This document shows, piece after piece, positions 58,138-64,000 of a DNA stretch of 64,000 nt; the first letter of the stretch is position 1; every line of letters begins with the position of its first letter. Source of the stretch: the human T2T-CHM13v2.0 reference genome, Homo sapiens; the NCBI RefSeq assembly GCF_009914755.1, contig NC_060931.1, one strand, 5' to 3'. The notes beneath the pieces were generated by a model. The model saw only the letters and a list, made by a program, of their open reading frames with translations, did no database searches and was not told where the DNA came from. Both the position numbers and the translations under genes were made by a program.

Positions 58138-58884
58138 AGAATACCCCAAATGTTTAATTAATGATAGATAAGTGAGGCCTGAGTATGTGGTTAGCTCTAA
58201 TAAAAGATAGACTTAATTAGAATCTAACACTTCCTGTTTTATCTATTCTTTAATTTTACATTATCTGATTAGCAGTTTTTGGATGATATTAAGTGTTTTA
58301 AATAGGATTCACTACAGCAAAGTGGGATATAGTGGTTGATTCATTTGCAAATTCCAAATCCCCAGGAAAAGGAGAACGTTCAGAGAGCTTTATTTTTAGG
58401 ATCATTGTTTCCAAATTTGGGAGAAATTTCACTGTCCAAGGAATACAGAGAAATGGTTGAATGAAAATTGTGAGTTGGGAATTTATTATGTTTTGTTATA
58501 GGCTGAATCTTTAAATATTAGGTAGACAATGGCTAGATATATGTAGTTTTCTTTCTGCTTATATGTTTCTTTTTTGTTTTCATATTTAAGCCCAGGATGT
58601 ATAAATGAATCAAACAATTTAACTGTAATCCACAATTACAGCTGGGGCTAAAAAAATTTCAGCCTTGTGCAAGAGGAGCCTGGGGAGTTCTTATAGTTGT
58701 TACAACAATCAGACCGTACTGTCTTAAATAAGGACTCTGCATTTATCAAAGATGAGAGCAGTCTGCTGCTCTGCTCTTACAGCCTTTCTTATCAAGTGGC
58801 CTGGATTGAGAAAAACAACTGGAATGACAGAACCTCATCCTGGATTCCTTTAGTATCCATGGGAAGAGAGTGTTTTTAAAGCTA

Positions 58885-59248
<364 letters not shown>

Positions 59249-59383
59249 TCACTTTTGATACATTAAATATTTTTGGAAGAGGCACTGGGCATGGTACTCT
59301 GAGGTCAGTCAAACTAGCTTTAGAACCTTCATCTTTTGCTTTCTTGGGCTTTACTTTCCAAAATGGACTACAGGATAATGAGG

Positions 59384-59414
<31 letters not shown>

Positions 59415-60689
59415 CTTATCTTTGTCTTAGATTTGAATATACTAGAGCGGGCAAAAATCCCATTATAACAATCTCCGAAAAGGTAATTAAATGTATAATA
59501 TAAGAACAGACAATTAGGTCAGTAGCCTGGAGCAGGGTCCTCTTGTAGGCTAGTGCACTGAAAAGAACTGTGATGAGACGTGGACAGGAGCATGCTGCTG
59601 CTTGTTCAGGGAAGGAGGCTGCTTCACTGTTGCCACAGGGGTGGTGAACCAGTTCTGTCCGCTTCACTCCCTGGTGTTCGCAAGGCAGTTTTCGGAATCA
59701 GAAACTCTAGAGGAATTTGAGAACACTGATACGCTTACTTCACAGAAAACTGAAGTCTGTTGAGGACCAAATTGTCTGGCATGCCTTTGACATTCCTGCT
59801 TTTGCTCTGTGTCCATGTACTTAATATTTTAAAGAGCTCTTACTTTTTAAAAATTACTGTATGTAGCAAGGACTAGAGAAAAGTGCTCCTCATTCTATAT
59901 GTGAATATATGATAGTGGTCTGTAAACCCAAGCTGCACATGGCTTAAATGTTCTTTTGTATTTTCGCTGGCTTAAAATTGAGCATAGAGGAAACTGGAAA
60001 TGTTCTCTAATATCATGCATAGTCTCTGTATCTTATTTTTCTTTGTTTACTTATTCATTTAGTCAAAAAATAATTCAGCGCATGTTGCAATAGGTTAGGG
60101 AGGCTTTCTGGTCATAGGAAGATGACCAGAAGGATGAAGAAAAACCTCCGTCTTTAAGAAATGTATAGTCTCTAGTGTCCATCCATCAGGGCCTTGGAAA
60201 CAAATGATTATGATATAAATTAAAGTACTATGTTTTTTTTTTTTGGTAATTTTGTTACCAAATTAGTGTATATATGTACATAAAAAAGACAAGGTAATAT
60301 CCATACACTAAAAATTGGTTATCTCGGACTAGTAGAAATATTGCTGTTGTTTTATTCTTGTATATTGCCATTTATTTTCTATGGTAACACATGTATTTTT
60401 TAAACAGAAAAGAACTGGTGGCGGTATCATCATCACTGCTACTCTTTAATTGCTCCTTCTCCCATGCTACCACTACTAATGCTTTCAGAGCTCAAATTCA
60501 TACTCCAGTCTATCTGACTCCAGGTGTGTGCCGTTAACTGTCAGGGCCCACAGAGCAAAATGCACTCTGGACAGCATCAATGAAAGTTTATCCTGTAGAA
60601 TACTGGTCTCATAAGATTCTCCTGGAAGGAAGACTTCAGTAACGGAGCAAGTTTGTAACCTATTAAAGTTCTGTAATAAAGAAGTCTAA

Positions 60690-60985
60690 GGCTGGTTGTG
60701 GTGGCTCATGCCTGTAATCCTAACACTTTGGGAAGCTGAGGCGAGTGGATAGCTTGACCCCAGGAGTTCGAAACCAGCCTGGGCAACATGGAAAAACCCC
60801 GTCTCTACCAAAAATAGAAAACAATTATCCGGGCGTGGTAGTGCGCACCTGTAGTCCCAGCTAATCAGGAGGCTGAGGTGGGAGGATCACTCAACTTGGC
60901 TTCAGCTCACACCACTGCACTCCAGCTTGGGCGATGGAAATGAGATCCTGTCTCAAAAAAAAAAAAAAGAAAAAGAAAAAGAAAA
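60690..60985 (+). mobile_element. AluJ with altered or deleted right arm
   Basis: Alu sequence; the right arm departs from consensus between GGAGGATCAC and CACCACTGCAC. Confidence 0.88.
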
Positions 60986-61089
60986 CTAGTTAACTCATTT
61001 TAATTCAGTATCTCCCGAATTAATTTTATAGTAATTTGACCCCTTTTTAAAATCATTAATTTTTTAGATGTTTTATGGCTCAAACAAAC

Positions 61090-61570
61090 TTTTGGTGGGC
61101 CTGAGAATCACCCAGAGGGCTGGGCTCCACTCCAAGTTTCTGATTGAGTAGTTTTGGGGTGAAGAATGAGAATTTGCATTTCTAACAAGTTTCCAGGTGT
61201 TGCTGATGTCTACTCACCCTTTGTTTTGTGTCTTCCAAGTCCCATTTTGCCTTGAGGTATAAGCTCATAGACTATGATAAACTGTGATGTTAGTGTTTTC
61301 CTACTGGAAAAAGGTATCTTTAAGAGTAGGATATGATTGTGTTGATCACAGAGTATGGGCTGGGTGCTTTATTAACTGAATTACCCACTGTAGCATTATA
61401 GTTGGTCCCAGACCAGCAGCATCAGCATCTCCTGGGAACTTGTTACACACATTTTTGGGCCTCCCCCAGACTTACTTAAAACTTGGAGGCAGAAAGGGTA
61501 CCAGCAATCTGTGTTCTAATAAACCTTCCAGGTGATTCTGATGCCTGCCAAAGTGTGGGAATACAGCTTA
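61090..61570. mobile_element. Two MER5A fragments (~61090-61210 and ~61395-61570)
   Basis: GAATTTGCATTTCTAACAAGTTTCCAGG; GACCAGCAGCATCAGCATCTCCTGGGAACTTGTTA. Confidence 0.75.
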
Positions 61571-62550
61571 GTGGTTTTAAACCACTTAGGAATTATAAAT
61601 TCAGACTGTAAAAGCAGCAGGAACTCTATTTGTGGTTCCAGATTCTCATTGGTGATTTTTCTGTCCCTTCCCCACCCAGTGTCATTGTTGAATAGATTTT
61701 ACTTAAAGTTGCCTGGGTAGTGGTGGTAAGGAGAGTAATATTATTTTACTCTCCTTACTAATAATATTAGTTTACCTTCGCAGTGAAGTCATAACCCTTT
61801 GAGGGTATCCTAGCTGAAGGCAAAAGCCAACTGCTGCTGTTCACTTTATCTCTCTGGGTTTCCAGTCTCCTCTCCTTTTCTGGCCTAAGCAGCTATAGCT
61901 TCTTGCCAGCTCATTCATGTTTTTTAAGATTAAAAAAAATGCTGGATTTTGAGTTGTTTTAATTAGGATGGCAGGTCCAAGTACTTATTCCACTATATTC
62001 CAGGACTAGCATTCCCTATTATTACATTTAATGGATTTTGCCAGATTGCTTTCTAGGGAAATGCAAACTGAAGTAGTAATGTGATAGCACTTTATGCCTG
62101 TCAGACTGGCAGAAAATAAAGTAGTAACATACTGTTGCAAGTGATATGGCTTGTAAATGATATTAGTGTAAATGCAAATTATTTTGGTCTTTTAGGAAAC
62201 TTAAAAATGCTTGTGAGGCAAAAACCATTGTGATGTTGAGGGAATAGGTGGAGGAAAGTATATTTGCAGCAGGTGCAACTAGCCATTGCTTCATTTTTCT
62301 GTGATAAAACTACCGAAAAGTATGAATGGGTGTTACCAGTCTATTATGTTTAGGGCCATGGGTTGGGTCTTGTTTGAACAGCAAGGATAGGTGGACTTAA
62401 GGGATATTCATCATATAGACTTAGGGTAAATCATTGAGAGAGCTGATTGATGAAAATAGCATGACTTGCTTCCTCATTAACCCACCAAAAAGTTATAGGA
62501 AAATGAGGGAAATAAAGGACTAGGGTGAGTTAAAAAGGGAGCTCTGTGCC

Positions 62551-62942
62551 CCTGGTGTGCTGGAACTAGCTCTTCCTGGAGTTGATAAATTATTAGGACT
62601 TCGGCAAGCCAGATGTTAAATATAACCATCATTAAAATTAAATTATATAAATTGCATTTAAATTATATTTAAAACAAAGGAAATACTCAAAACTTATGTC
62701 CTAGTTTTATTATATTTTACTGTTATCTGTGTTCTTGAGGTTATTGACACCTGTTGTATCTGTGTGGTGGAAATTCTGTCAGTGTGCAGTTGCACATCTC
62801 TTTCCTATTCTGTGTTCAATGATACCACTTTGGTGACTTGAAATAGGACAGACTATTTATACCATGGAAATCAGCAACTAGTACAAATCAGGATTTTTTT
62901 CCCCTGGAGAACAGTTGTTAAATATCTACCCGAATACCACTG
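62551..62942. mobile_element. MER63-family hAT element
   Basis: CTGGTGTGCTGGA...GTTGTTAAATATCTACCCGAATACCACTG termini; internal ATTAAAATTAAATTATATAAA. Confidence 0.75.
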
Positions 62943-63649
62943 GGTATAAAGTTTTGCTGTTTGAGATACTGATTGTCTTTCATCATTGTAAATGTACTTA
63001 TTTTCTGAAGCTTCGAGCATTCTAATCTTACGTAAAGTTTTATTGTTCTTAGGAAAATAGGTAACTATACTAGTTTTACTCATGTTTTAAAAGATATCTT
63101 AAGCTTCAAGGGAGATATGGCTTATTTTATTTAGCTTTTATTTTCATGTAGATAGTATTTTTGTAAGTTTGTTCTCCTTGTTTTTTAAAACATTGTCATT
63201 TAAAAAGTATACTTAAAAAACCTTTATAACAAATAACCACCCAGAATTTATCTTTCTTGTAAGCCATTAGTTTCATTTCTTGAACTCATTTTAGCAAGGA
63301 GTACACTTTTTCAGTTTTTAATGTGGACATGTTTTTGTGTGTATGATTTAATTCTTATAGCAGTGTTGTAGATGAGGTTGACCAGTTACCAGCAATAAAT
63401 ATTGTTTCTCTAGTATTTTTAGTTAGGGCTAACATTTGATTTCTTGTAAGATTAAAGTGTCATATTTCCTACTTGTTTGTTTAGTTTATCCTCTGGTACT
63501 TTAGTAAATCAGTGAATTGGGAAATTTTTCATAAGACTTGTGATTCTTATTACATTCATCTGTCATACATGTTTCTAGCACTTATGGCAATGAAATTAAG
63601 ATTGAAACATTGAAAACATTATTCTGGGTATCTTATTTATTACTGTTTG

Positions 63650-63870
63650 TATAGTGTAGTGGTTTTGATTTTTGGATCTGTAGCTGGGCCTTTGGGGCTT
63701 TGGCCCAGTCATCTAAACTCTCTAAGCCGCTCTTTCCTCAATATTAAAGTAATAATAATAATAGTAGCTACTTCATATAGTGGTTTTAAAGATTAGATGA
63801 GATAATGTAGCATTTAGCAAAGTGTTTGGCTTAAAGTGCTCTGCAAATGTGAGCTAACACTCTTACTATC
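63650..63870 (+). mobile_element. MIR SINE
   Basis: TAATAATAGTAGCTACTTCATATAGTGGTTTTAAAGATTAGATGAGATAATG. Confidence 0.65.
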
Positions 63871-64000
63871 AAAATAATAAATTCTCCTATCTGCAAGTTG
63901 CCTTAAATGGCGGGTATAAAGCTAGTAGTAAGTAAAGCATTACATAAAATACTTAAAATAATGAAAGCTATTGAAACAAAGTCAGGAAGAATAAAATTCA

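Noticed and set aside
60242-60262. Inverted repeat TTTGGTAA-N5-TTACCAAA
   Set aside because: An 8-bp AT-rich stem is expected by chance in 64 kb.

Overview
Primate, almost certainly human, genomic DNA matching the ZNRF2 locus (7p14.3, recalled from memory, not aligned). Bases 1 to ~41.9 kb are intergenic and rich in repeats: Alu, MIR, L2, old L1, MaLR/ERV1 LTRs, a full-length Tigger1 and hAT MITEs. A CpG-island promoter lies at ~41.95-43.73 kb, followed by ZNRF2 exon 1 (CDS 43051-43519, codons 1-156 plus one base). The rest of the window is intron 1, which contains the MIR550A1/MIR550B1 hairpin (47487-47583). Exon 2, which encodes the zinc-finger/RING region, was not seen. Nearly all other ORFs in the track are by-products of repeats or high GC content. 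I found no new multi-gene system. The best leads are: (1) a strong-Kozak 44-codon uORF in frame with ZNRF2 and separated from it by a single TGA; (2) a 176-bp, 98.9%-identical copy of an ancient MIR fragment 8.5 kb from its donor, without TSD or poly(A); (3) a 5'-truncated BC200 retrocopy in intron 1. Repeat subfamily names and many boundaries were assigned by eye and are approximate.
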